Below are positions 54,658-62,967 of a stretch of DNA of 64,000 nucleotides, piece by piece. Within the stretch, counting starts at the first letter, position 1. Each line of letters opens with the position of its first letter. This DNA is from an uncultured Acidobacteriota bacterium (GTDB taxonomy: Bacteria; Acidobacteriota; Terriglobia; Acidiferrales; UBA7541), in contig CAVUBX010000003.1 of assembly GCA_963739935.1 (NCBI GenBank), positions 100,807 to 164,806 of the forward strand. Direction: 5' to 3'. Made by a program: the position numbers and the translations under genes. The notes under the pieces were generated by a model. That model did not search any database. It had not been told where the DNA came from and saw only the letters and a program-made list of their open reading frames with translations.

Positions 54658-55524
54658 ATGAATTCCATAGCTGCAGCAACGGACGAGAACAACGCGACAC
54701 CAGGCACCGTTGACCTTCCAGCCCCGACGCCGTGGCCAATCGTCCTCGCGTTTGGCATCACGCTACTGTTCGCAGGTCTGGTTACGAGCGCCCCAATCAG
54801 CTTTCTTGGCGCTGCGTTGTCAATGGTCGCAGGAGTCGGCTGGTTCTGCGATGTGCTGCCTCAGGAGAAACAAGAGACGGTCGAAGTGGGCGAGCAGACA
54901 GCCATCGTGATGAGTGATCGGCGTGAAGTCGAAAGATTGCCGGTTGCCCCGGAACTCCCGCGAGCGTTGCTCCCGCTCGAAATTTATCCCGTCTCAGCCG
55001 GAATCAAAGGTGGACTGGCTGGCGGCGCGGCTATGGCTCTGCTCGCATGCCTTTACGGTGTTCTTAAGCAGGGAAGTATCTGGTACCCGATTAATCTGCT
55101 CGCCGCGGCCGTCTACGAACAATCGCTCAAATTCGGGAGCGCGCCCCTGAAGGCGTTCCATTTGGAAAGTTTCCTACTCGCTCTTGCCATCCACCTGGTC
55201 ACCTCTTTGCTGGTGGGCCTGCTGTACGGGTCGATCTTGCCCATGTTTCCGCGCCGCCCAATCCTTCTCGGCGGCCTGATCGCGCCGATTTTCTGGACAG
55301 GATTGCTCTACAGCATTCTTGGGCTCGTTGATCCACTCCTCAATCGGCTAATCGATTGGCGGTGGTTCATTGCCTCGCAATTCGGGTTTGGCATTGTCGC
55401 GGGATTGGTTGTAGTCCGGCAGGAGCGCGTGCGCATTCGCCAGTTCTTGCCTTTCTTGCAGCGAGCGGGTTTTGAAGGTGCGGGGCTCACGGATGAGAAA
55501 CACAGCGGAAACGAATCTCAATGA
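54658..55524 (+). CDS. hypothetical polytopic membrane protein embedded in the oxidase/bc operon
   Basis: 288 aa with about 6-7 hydrophobic segments and no recognisable cofactor motif. It is tightly packed between ctaE and the dihaem cytochrome c, and its stop overlaps the next start. Confidence 0.6.
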   Translation: MNSIAAATDENNATPGTVDLPAPTPWPIVLAFGITLLFAGLVTSAPISFLGAALSMVAGVGWFCDVLPQEKQETVEVGEQTAIVMSDRREVERLPVAPELPRALLPLEIYPVSAGIKGGLAGGAAMALLACLYGVLKQGSIWYPINLLAAAVYEQSLKFGSAPLKAFHLESFLLALAIHLVTSLLVGLLYGSILPMFPRRPILLGGLIAPIFWTGLLYSILGLVDPLLNRLIDWRWFIASQFGFGIVAGLVVVRQERVRIRQFLPFLQRAGFEGAGLTDEKHSGNESQ

Positions 55525-56258
55525 AACTTGCGCCATCCATTTGCGGAATTCTGCTCGTCGCCGGCCTCGGTCTAAGCGGGTGTGCCGACTTGCCTGGGAA
55601 AGCTGTTCCTGACGACCCTCCGATCATCCCGAGCGCAGTTTCCGACTTTAATGAATTGTATGCGCAGAATTGTTCGGGATGTCACGGCATGAACGGGAAG
55701 GGTGGAGCGGCCATCGCTCTTGCGAATCCCGTGTACCTGGCTGTTGTGGATGACGCAACTCTCCGTCGGGTCGCGAGTGACGGAATTCCAAGTACGTCGA
55801 TGCCCGCCTTTGCGCAAAGCGCTGGCGGCCTGCTCACCGAGAAACAGATCGATGTGATTGCCAGAGGAATTCGCGAGCGCTGGTCGAAAGCAGATGCCCT
55901 GAATGGCTCCGTCCCTCCACCCTACGCCTCAACAGAATCCGGAGACGCCGCTCGTGGCTCAAAGGTGTACGTCGCCTACTGCCAGTCCTGTCATGGCATC
56001 GGCGGTCATGGAGGTCAAAAGGCGAGCCCGATTGTCGACGGGAGCTTTCTAGCGCTTCTCAACGATCAAGAGCTTCGCACCATCGTGATCGGCGGCCGGC
56101 CCGAACTCGGCGCTCCTGACTGGCGAAACGATCTTCCGGGAAAGCCGATGTCGGCAGGCGAAGTGTCCGACGTCGTGGCCTGGCTTGCCGCTCAAAAGCC
56201 GCAATTCGCCGGTCAACCGTATCCTACGAATGCTAAATCGACTGGAGAGATTCCATGA
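55521..56258 (+). CDS. dihaem c-type cytochrome lipoprotein (QcrC-like)
   Basis: Has the lipobox GLSGC and two CxxCH sites (CSGCH, CQSCH). Confidence 0.85.
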   Translation: MKLAPSICGILLVAGLGLSGCADLPGKAVPDDPPIIPSAVSDFNELYAQNCSGCHGMNGKGGAAIALANPVYLAVVDDATLRRVASDGIPSTSMPAFAQSAGGLLTEKQIDVIARGIRERWSKADALNGSVPPPYASTESGDAARGSKVYVAYCQSCHGIGGHGGQKASPIVDGSFLALLNDQELRTIVIGGRPELGAPDWRNDLPGKPMSAGEVSDVVAWLAAQKPQFAGQPYPTNAKSTGEIP

Positions 56259-56806
56259 CTGAGCCAGCAAGCCTATCCAGGCGCAGCCTTCTTATGAAGA
56301 TAGGCATCTTTCTCAACAGCGTCGTTGCGGTGATCCTGGCGGTGCCGGTCCTACGCTACCTTCTTTCCCCGATTGCGCGCGGGCTGCGGGACGGTTACGA
56401 CTCGTGGGTTTCTCTTGGTAATGTCTCTCAATTTCCGTCTGGCCAGACTCGTCTGGCCACCTATCAGAATCCTTTTGCAAACCAATCGGACGGAAAGACG
56501 GCGGATATCGCCTGCTGGGTTCGCAACGTAGATGGACAGACTTTCCAAGTTTTCGCGGTGAACTGTGCGCACCTGGGATGCCCGGTCCGGTGGTTTCCGC
56601 AATCCGGTCTGTTCATGTGCCCGTGCCACGGTGGCGCATATTACCAGGATGGCTCCCGGGCCTCTGGCCCGCCAGAACGAGGGCTGTTTCAATACGAATA
56701 CAAAATGGCGGGCGAGACGCTGTTAATTAAGGCCGGCCAGTTACCCACACCTGGACAACCCAGCCAAGCCTCCAATCTCGTCCGAGAGATACGACCATGC
56801 GCCTGA
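56255..56806 (+). CDS. Rieske 2Fe-2S protein of a cytochrome bc-type complex
   Basis: Has the Tat-like SRRSLLMK leader and the cluster boxes CAHLGCPV and CPCHGGAY. Confidence 0.9.
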   Translation: MTEPASLSRRSLLMKIGIFLNSVVAVILAVPVLRYLLSPIARGLRDGYDSWVSLGNVSQFPSGQTRLATYQNPFANQSDGKTADIACWVRNVDGQTFQVFAVNCAHLGCPVRWFPQSGLFMCPCHGGAYYQDGSRASGPPERGLFQYEYKMAGETLLIKAGQLPTPGQPSQASNLVREIRPCA

Positions 56807-58287
56807 TCGCATCAATCGAATCGATCGCCCAATGGATGGATGCGCGCCTGCAGCTTGGCGGCGCCATCCGTGAAACTGCAGAGCATGCCGTTCCACGCGA
56901 AACCGCGAGCTGGTTCTATGTTTTCGGCAGCGCTGCTTTCGTGGTTTTCCTGCTTCAGATTGTCACTGGCATTTTGCTCGCGCTCGTCTACGTGCCCTCC
57001 GCCTCGGAAGCCTGGCATAGCCTGCTGATCCTAAACCACAACATTCCGCTCGGATGGTACATTCGCGCCCTTCACGGCTGGGGCTCGAATTTCATGGTGG
57101 CAATTGTTCTGATTCACATGATCCAGGTCTTTCTGTTCGGCGCATACAAATTCCCGCGGGAACTCACTTGGATCGTTGGCGTGTTTCTTTTACTTATCAC
57201 TCTGGGGATGGCTTTTACCGGTCAGGTTTTAAGATTTGATCAGGACGCCTATTGGGGGCTCGGAATCGGCGCATCTATTGCGAGCCGGGTCCCATTCCTT
57301 GGACCACCCATCGTCAAGTTAATGCTCGGTGGCCCGATTATTGCCGGGGCGACTCTGTCTCGCTTTTTTGCTCTGCATGTTTTCGTGATTCCGGGGCTTC
57401 TAATTGCGTTCGTCTGCGTGCATCTGCTTATGGTTGTGAAGCTTGGAATCAACGAATGGCCGATGCCGGGACGGTTGGTCCGCAAGGCCTCTTATATTAA
57501 GGACTACCACGAACTCACGAAAAAGGACGGTTTGCCGTTCGTTCCGGGCGCGGTTTGGAAAGACCTTTTCTTTGGTGCGTTTATCCTGCTTTCCCTTGGA
57601 GCCTGCGCATACGTCCTCGGCCCTTTTGGGCCTTCCGGTCCGCCGGATCCGACGATTATTCAAACGGTCCCGCGGCCGGATTTCTTCTTCCTCTGGCTCT
57701 ACGCGGTGCTCTCGTTTTTGCCGCCTTCTATGGAAACGCCCGCTCTGCTCATTGGGCCCGTGGTGGGAATTCTTGCGCTGCTCTTATTGCCTTTCGTTTC
57801 GGGCGAAGGTGAGAAAAGCTGGCGGCGCAGGCCAATTGCTGTACTCACCATTATGCTGGTCGCTGTGGCTTTGGGAACGTTCACACGCCTTGCTGAGCAC
57901 ACGCCTTGGAGTCCGGTGATGGATGCATGGAGCGGCATTCCCATTCCATCCGAGTTCCTGCACAACCGATCCGCGCTTGAGCGACAGGGCGCGCTGGTCT
58001 TCCAAGTCAAGCAGTGTCACAACTGCCACTCTTTGGGTAACGATGGTGGAAAGCGCGGACCGGCACTCGATGCAGTCGCGGTGCGGCTCACGCAAGATCA
58101 GCTGATTCGACAAGTCATCCAAGGCGGCGGAAACATGCCTGCATATGGCAAGAACTTGAGCCCTGCGGAGACGACCGCCTTAGTCGCTTTCCTGCGGACG
58201 CTGCATCCTGAAGGCGAGAGGCCTGCGCAGGATGCCTCGCGTTCCATCGTACTTGAGGAGAATGGAGCCGCGCTGGGGACGCGATGA
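56797..58287 (+). CDS. cytochrome b (b6 + subunit IV-like) fused to a C-terminal monohaem cytochrome c domain
   Basis: N-terminal cytochrome b helices carry conserved His contexts (IRALHGWGSNFMV, FFALHVFVIPG). The C-terminus has CHNCH followed by GGGNMPAYG. Confidence 0.9.
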   Translation: MRLIASIESIAQWMDARLQLGGAIRETAEHAVPRETASWFYVFGSAAFVVFLLQIVTGILLALVYVPSASEAWHSLLILNHNIPLGWYIRALHGWGSNFMVAIVLIHMIQVFLFGAYKFPRELTWIVGVFLLLITLGMAFTGQVLRFDQDAYWGLGIGASIASRVPFLGPPIVKLMLGGPIIAGATLSRFFALHVFVIPGLLIAFVCVHLLMVVKLGINEWPMPGRLVRKASYIKDYHELTKKDGLPFVPGAVWKDLFFGAFILLSLGACAYVLGPFGPSGPPDPTIIQTVPRPDFFFLWLYAVLSFLPPSMETPALLIGPVVGILALLLLPFVSGEGEKSWRRRPIAVLTIMLVAVALGTFTRLAEHTPWSPVMDAWSGIPIPSEFLHNRSALERQGALVFQVKQCHNCHSLGNDGGKRGPALDAVAVRLTQDQLIRQVIQGGGNMPAYGKNLSPAETTALVAFLRTLHPEGERPAQDASRSIVLEENGAALGTR

Positions 58288-59192
58288 TTACGGACACGCA
58301 AACTCTGCTGCGATCGTGGTCCCCACCGGTGGCGGTGAACGCGTCGTTGTGTCTCGCAACGATCCTTTATATAGGGGGCTGGATTCGCCTTCGCGCTACC
58401 CGTCCCAAGCTAATCTCGGCGTGGAGACTTGCCGCATTTTTCGCCGGTGTCGCTGGAATCTGGCTCGCTATTGGTTCACCCCTCGCAGCGTTCGATCATC
58501 TGTCGCTCACGGTTCACATGGTGCAGCATGTGTTGCTCATGAGCGTCTGCCCCCCGATGATCCTGCTGGGTTGGCCCGCGGTGCCTCTTTTGCGAGGCTT
58601 GCCACAATTCGTGGCTCGTCGCGCGATAGGCCCGGTTCTCCGTTTAGAACCCGTCAGGCGCGTCAGACGTGTCGTTACCCATCCTTTCGTCTGCTGGTTG
58701 GCCGCCGCGTTTGCCCTGGTCGCATGGCACATACCCAGCGTGTTTGAAGCCACTTTGCGGTCGGACTGGCTCCACGACTTGGAACACGTGTCGTTTTTGG
58801 GGGCCGGCCTACTTTTTTGGTGGCCCGTCGTTCAGCCGTGGCCGAGCATCCCCAGGTGGTCGCGGTGGTCTATTCCCTTATACCTCTTTTGCGCCACTTT
58901 GCCTTGTGATGTGCTTGCAGGGTTTCTCGCATTTTGCGGTCGAGTTGTCTACCCATCTTATCTCTCTACACCGGGGACCTTCGGTATGTCGGCTCTTCAA
59001 GATCAGGAGTGTGCATCTGCGTTCATGTGGGTTTCCGTAACGCTTGTTCTTTTGGTTCCTGCAGTGCTAGTTACGATGGAAATTCTTTCCCCCCCAAGAA
59101 CCCACTGGCAACAGGAGCCCCGAGCCGCGTCTGCAGCTGCCGACCCAGGTGCCGACCAATATCTGCCTGCCCTTGGGCTGGAGGTCCTCTGA
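58284..59192 (+). CDS. ctaG: cytochrome c oxidase assembly factor CtaG (caa3_CtaG family membrane protein)
   Basis: LSLTVHMVQHVLLMSVCPPMILLGWP and HDLEHVSFLGAGLLFWWPV are typical of the Bacillus-type CtaG family. Confidence 0.8.
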   Translation: MITDTQTLLRSWSPPVAVNASLCLATILYIGGWIRLRATRPKLISAWRLAAFFAGVAGIWLAIGSPLAAFDHLSLTVHMVQHVLLMSVCPPMILLGWPAVPLLRGLPQFVARRAIGPVLRLEPVRRVRRVVTHPFVCWLAAAFALVAWHIPSVFEATLRSDWLHDLEHVSFLGAGLLFWWPVVQPWPSIPRWSRWSIPLYLFCATLPCDVLAGFLAFCGRVVYPSYLSTPGTFGMSALQDQECASAFMWVSVTLVLLVPAVLVTMEILSPPRTHWQQEPRAASAAADPGADQYLPALGLEVL

Positions 59193-59194
59193 GC

Positions 59195-60116
59195 ATGGCC
59201 ACCGAACCCACGATTGCTATTTTGCGCAGCGCGCCGATTGTGGTGCGAACCAGGATGGCCGGCGTGTATGCGGCGGCGGTCGACTATTGGGCTTTGACGA
59301 AACCAGAGGTGAATTTCTTAGTCCTTGTTGCCACGTTCGTAGGTTTTCGCTTGGGGTCCAATTCGGCTCCCGCGCCGGTTTTGGTCCACACGCTGGTGGG
59401 CACGTTGCTTGTAGCAAGCGGGGCCGCGGTGTTGAATCAATTCACTGAGCGTTCTTTCGATGCGCAGATGCGACGAACGTCGCGACGTCCTCTTGCGGCA
59501 GGAAAGCTCCGGCCGTCGAACGCGCTGTGGTTCGGGATTTCTTTGTCAGTCTTAGGCGGGCTATATCTCGCGGTGATCAACATCCTGACTGCTGTGCTGG
59601 CTTTAGCCGCGCTGCTGAGTTATTTGTTGTTATACACACCGCTCAAACGGAAGACACCTCTGTGCACGTTGGTCGGAGCTTTCCCGGGAGCTGTCCCTCC
59701 CTTGATCGGTTGGGCTGCGGCGCGAGGGCGGCTCGATTCAGAAGCGTGGGTCCTCTACTTCATCCTCTTTCTTTGGCAGTTTCCTCATTTCATGTCCATT
59801 GCCTGGATGTACCGCGAAGATTACTCACGGGCTGGCTATCAGGTCTTACCTGCGCGGCGAATCGCGAGATCGTTTTGTCATCTGGCAAAGCTTCGCGTTT
59901 GCAATGGCCCTCGTCCCAGTTGCGCTTCTCCCGGCTGTGACGGGAGAAGCGGGCATCGTCTACGTCTTCGGTGCGGCCCTGCTGAGCTTGGCCTTCCTTT
60001 ATTCAAGCGCGCGCTTTGCTTTTCATCGGTCCAACGTCAAGGCGAGACAGCTTCTGATCGCTTCGATCTTTTACCTCCCTCTACTGTTTATCCTCTTGCT
60101 CCTCGTTAGGAACTGA
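59195..60116 (+). pseudogene. ctaB: protohaem IX farnesyltransferase (haem O synthase), single frameshift near 59850-59860 (or assembly indel)
   Basis: UbiA-family motifs are present (NQFTERSFDAQMRRTSRRPL, YTPLKRKT). Frame 1 ends ...YREDYSRAGYQVLPAR, then the product continues as (G)ESRDRFVIWQSFAFAMALVP... in ORF 59799..60116. Confidence 0.8.
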
Positions 60117-60121
60117 CCCGT

Positions 60122-60568
60122 ATGCAATTCGTGACGATGAGCCCTGGTATCGCGGCTATTTTTGGTTCATTAGCAGGAGCGCTGGGCTCAAGCGTGAGCA
60201 CCTGGATTACCCAGCGGCGTGCAGACCACCGAGATTTGCTCGCGCGAAGAATTTTCTATCGGGTACAGTTGTATTCCGAATTCATCACCGAAAGTACGCG
60301 CATTTTGGTCGATGCATTGGAGAACAATTTCAATGATCCCGACAAACTTATAGCTGTTTATGCTCTGCTCAGCCGTATTCGACTTACTTCTTCTAAAGAG
60401 GTTTTCGCGAGCACAGAGGGGCTGGTGACTGAGATTGTCAAAAGCTACAGCCAGCCCAACCTGACACCGGAGCAGATACGGTCCAGAGCTTTGAAGGGCG
60501 ACTATCCGCTTGAGCGGTTCAGCGATATCTGTCGTGCTGAACTCGACTCTCTGGGAGGCCACTTATGA
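60122..60568 (+). CDS. hypothetical protein
   Basis: ORF of 148 aa with one N-terminal hydrophobic segment. Its stop overlaps the next start (ATGA). Confidence 0.5.
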   Translation: MQFVTMSPGIAAIFGSLAGALGSSVSTWITQRRADHRDLLARRIFYRVQLYSEFITESTRILVDALENNFNDPDKLIAVYALLSRIRLTSSKEVFASTEGLVTEIVKSYSQPNLTPEQIRSRALKGDYPLERFSDICRAELDSLGGHL

Positions 60569-61653
60569 TTCCGGGAAATCCAGCAAAGGCGCCCACATGG
60601 CGACGCTTGCAAATTGCCGTTTTGTTCGTCTTGATTTTTGGAGTCGCTTTGCTCTCGCTTTCTCAGGCCAATCCCGACCTGCGAACCTACTTCAAGCAGT
60701 ACATCGGGCTGAACGACGATCAGATCGTAGCCATCCGCAACGGGGAAGCGGTTACCAAAAACTTGCAATCGCGGACATCGGATGAGATCTTCGTGTTCGG
60801 TACCGTTTTCATCAAAGCAGCACCGCAAGACTATCTGAACTTTTCGCGCGATTTCGACCGCCTTCGCAAGCTCCCGGGGTATCTCGCCATCGGCGAATTC
60901 AGCAATCCTCCTCAACTGTCTGACCTAAAAGGTTTCACGTTTACCAGTGAGGACATCGAAGCTCTGAAGCAGTGCAAGACGGGCGACTGCCCGATTCAAA
61001 TGCCTACAAGCTCTATCGACGAGCTTCATCGTTCCGTCGACTTTTCCTCCCCCGATGCAGAGGGGCAGGTAAACCAGCAGCTCCAGCGGACTGTACTCGA
61101 GCGCTTGTTAGCGTATCAGCGCGAGGGCAACGAGATACTAGGGGTGTACAACGACAAGCACAACCCTACCCTCGTGCCGGAGCAGTTCAAGTACATGCTC
61201 AGCTATTCCAAAGCGTTGCCGAGGTACTTTCCGGACTTCTACAGCTATCTTCTCACTTATCCTGCAGGCAAGCCCGCTGATGTCCAGGACACTTTCTATT
61301 GGGCCAAGGTAAAATTCGGACTGAAACCGACTCTGCGAGTCGTACACGTGCTGACATTGCAGCGGGAAACTCCGGCTGGTCCGCTCATCGTCGTGGCCGA
61401 GAAACAGCTCTATTCAAGCCACTATTTCGAAACTGCCCTGGATCTCACGTTTTGTATTCCCGAGACGGCTGATTCTTCGCGACGGGGATTCTACCTCATC
61501 ATGGCGATGGGTTCAGAGCAGGCTGGTCTTACTGGCTTCAAGGGCTCAATCGTTCGAAAGGTTGCGGTGGACCGCTCCGCCTCTTCTCTCAAGAAGTCCC
61601 TCATGACAATCAAGGACGTACTAGAGCAACGCCCGGCGCCCACCGAGCCTTAA
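60565..61653 (+). CDS. hypothetical secreted/anchored protein
   Basis: ORF of 362 aa with an N-terminal signal/anchor (LQIAVLFVLIFGVALLSLSQA). No family was recognised. Confidence 0.55.
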   Translation: MIPGNPAKAPTWRRLQIAVLFVLIFGVALLSLSQANPDLRTYFKQYIGLNDDQIVAIRNGEAVTKNLQSRTSDEIFVFGTVFIKAAPQDYLNFSRDFDRLRKLPGYLAIGEFSNPPQLSDLKGFTFTSEDIEALKQCKTGDCPIQMPTSSIDELHRSVDFSSPDAEGQVNQQLQRTVLERLLAYQREGNEILGVYNDKHNPTLVPEQFKYMLSYSKALPRYFPDFYSYLLTYPAGKPADVQDTFYWAKVKFGLKPTLRVVHVLTLQRETPAGPLIVVAEKQLYSSHYFETALDLTFCIPETADSSRRGFYLIMAMGSEQAGLTGFKGSIVRKVAVDRSASSLKKSLMTIKDVLEQRPAPTEP

Positions 61654-61839
61654 AGAACTATTGCGTTCACACAAGCGGCACTCGAACAACCTGGGCCGTA
61701 CTTTGCCTTTGAGATAGAAGAACAGTCGCGCAGTGAATTCATCGCGTTCTCCATCGCGGATTTTTGGGGAATCTGCGGACCTTAAGCGACACGGACTGTG
61801 AGGACAAGGACTAGAATCGGCAAAGGGTAAGTGAGGACG

Positions 61840-62907
61840 TCAACGATCCTTGCCGGTGGATACTAGTTCAGGCACCGGTCGCAAACTCAAGTTCAAGTAC
61901 TTTTTGCAGATGACGCGCACAACCACAATCACCGGAATCGAGAGATAGATGCCCACAATTCCATCGATTTCTGCTCCCACCATTACGGCGAAAATTACCA
62001 ACAAAGGGTGGATCTCGAGGTTGTGTCCCACGACCCGCGGCGAGATGAAATAGTCCATGATCAGTCGCCAAACGCCAAGAATCGCTGCCACCCAGATCCA
62101 GTGCGAATGAGTTACAGCGCCGACCGTGACAATCACGGCTGCTGAAGCAATCCAGCCGGCCAAGGGAATAAACTCCAGGATTCCGCCCAAAATGCCTAGC
62201 GCAATCGCTTGTGGAAACCTCGCCAGCAGCATAACTGTTGAATAAAATGCAAACGAACAGCCGCCAAGAATCACTTTGGCTCTGATGTATTTTCTCAACC
62301 CGAGGTTCAGATCATCTGCGATTTCACGAATCGCTTGCTGATTCTTTTCGTTCGAAAGCAGCTGGATAAACGCGTCCGCTATCCGCCCACCCTCCGCCAA
62401 AAAGAAAATCGACAGGATTGGGACAACGACGAATACGGCCACGGCATTGGAGCTGAACCGCTCCGCGTTCTGCGCGAGTTTCTGAGTCAAGTCTCGATGA
62501 CCGACGAGAAACTGTCTCAGTTGCGACTGCCGGGTGTAGTCCCAGTGATACTTTTGGCCGATCGTTTCAGCGATCTCTCCTGTGGAGAGGCCCTCGATCA
62601 GGGCGGGCGCGGTCTTAAGCAGTTTGCTGTTGAAGCTGATCAAGCGAGGCGCGATAGCATGACCGACAAAGACGAGACAAAGAAGAAAAGCGAGATAGGC
62701 TTCCAGGACATGTGGCCCTCTCAGGTTTCGGAAGAATAGGGAGTGATTTTGTAGAAATCGGACCACAGGATCGATCAGATAAGCCAGCAAGATCGCGAAA
62801 GCAAAAGTGATCATCACCCCCCGAGCCACATACAGGATTGCGATCACGGCTGCGAAGAGGAGAAGCGTCAGCAATACGTTGAGAGTCCGGCGATCGGGAA
62901 AGTCCAT
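61840..62907 (-). CDS. AI-2E family transporter (PerM/UPF0118)
   Basis: Has about 8 TM helices. The C-terminal block IPLAGWIASAAVIVTV...ISPRVVGHNLEIHPLLVIFAVMVGAEIDGIVGIYLSIP is typical of the family. The start was placed at MDFPDRR. Confidence 0.85.
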   Translation of the reverse strand: MDFPDRRTLNVLLTLLLFAAVIAILYVARGVMITFAFAILLAYLIDPVVRFLQNHSLFFRNLRGPHVLEAYLAFLLCLVFVGHAIAPRLISFNSKLLKTAPALIEGLSTGEIAETIGQKYHWDYTRQSQLRQFLVGHRDLTQKLAQNAERFSSNAVAVFVVVPILSIFFLAEGGRIADAFIQLLSNEKNQQAIREIADDLNLGLRKYIRAKVILGGCSFAFYSTVMLLARFPQAIALGILGGILEFIPLAGWIASAAVIVTVGAVTHSHWIWVAAILGVWRLIMDYFISPRVVGHNLEIHPLLVIFAVMVGAEIDGIVGIYLSIPVIVVVRVICKKYLNLSLRPVPELVSTGKDR

Positions 62908-62967
62908 ATCTTTCTCCGAACAAGAAGCGGTCAATCGAATGCGTTGTTCGCGGGCCAGTTCCAGGCT

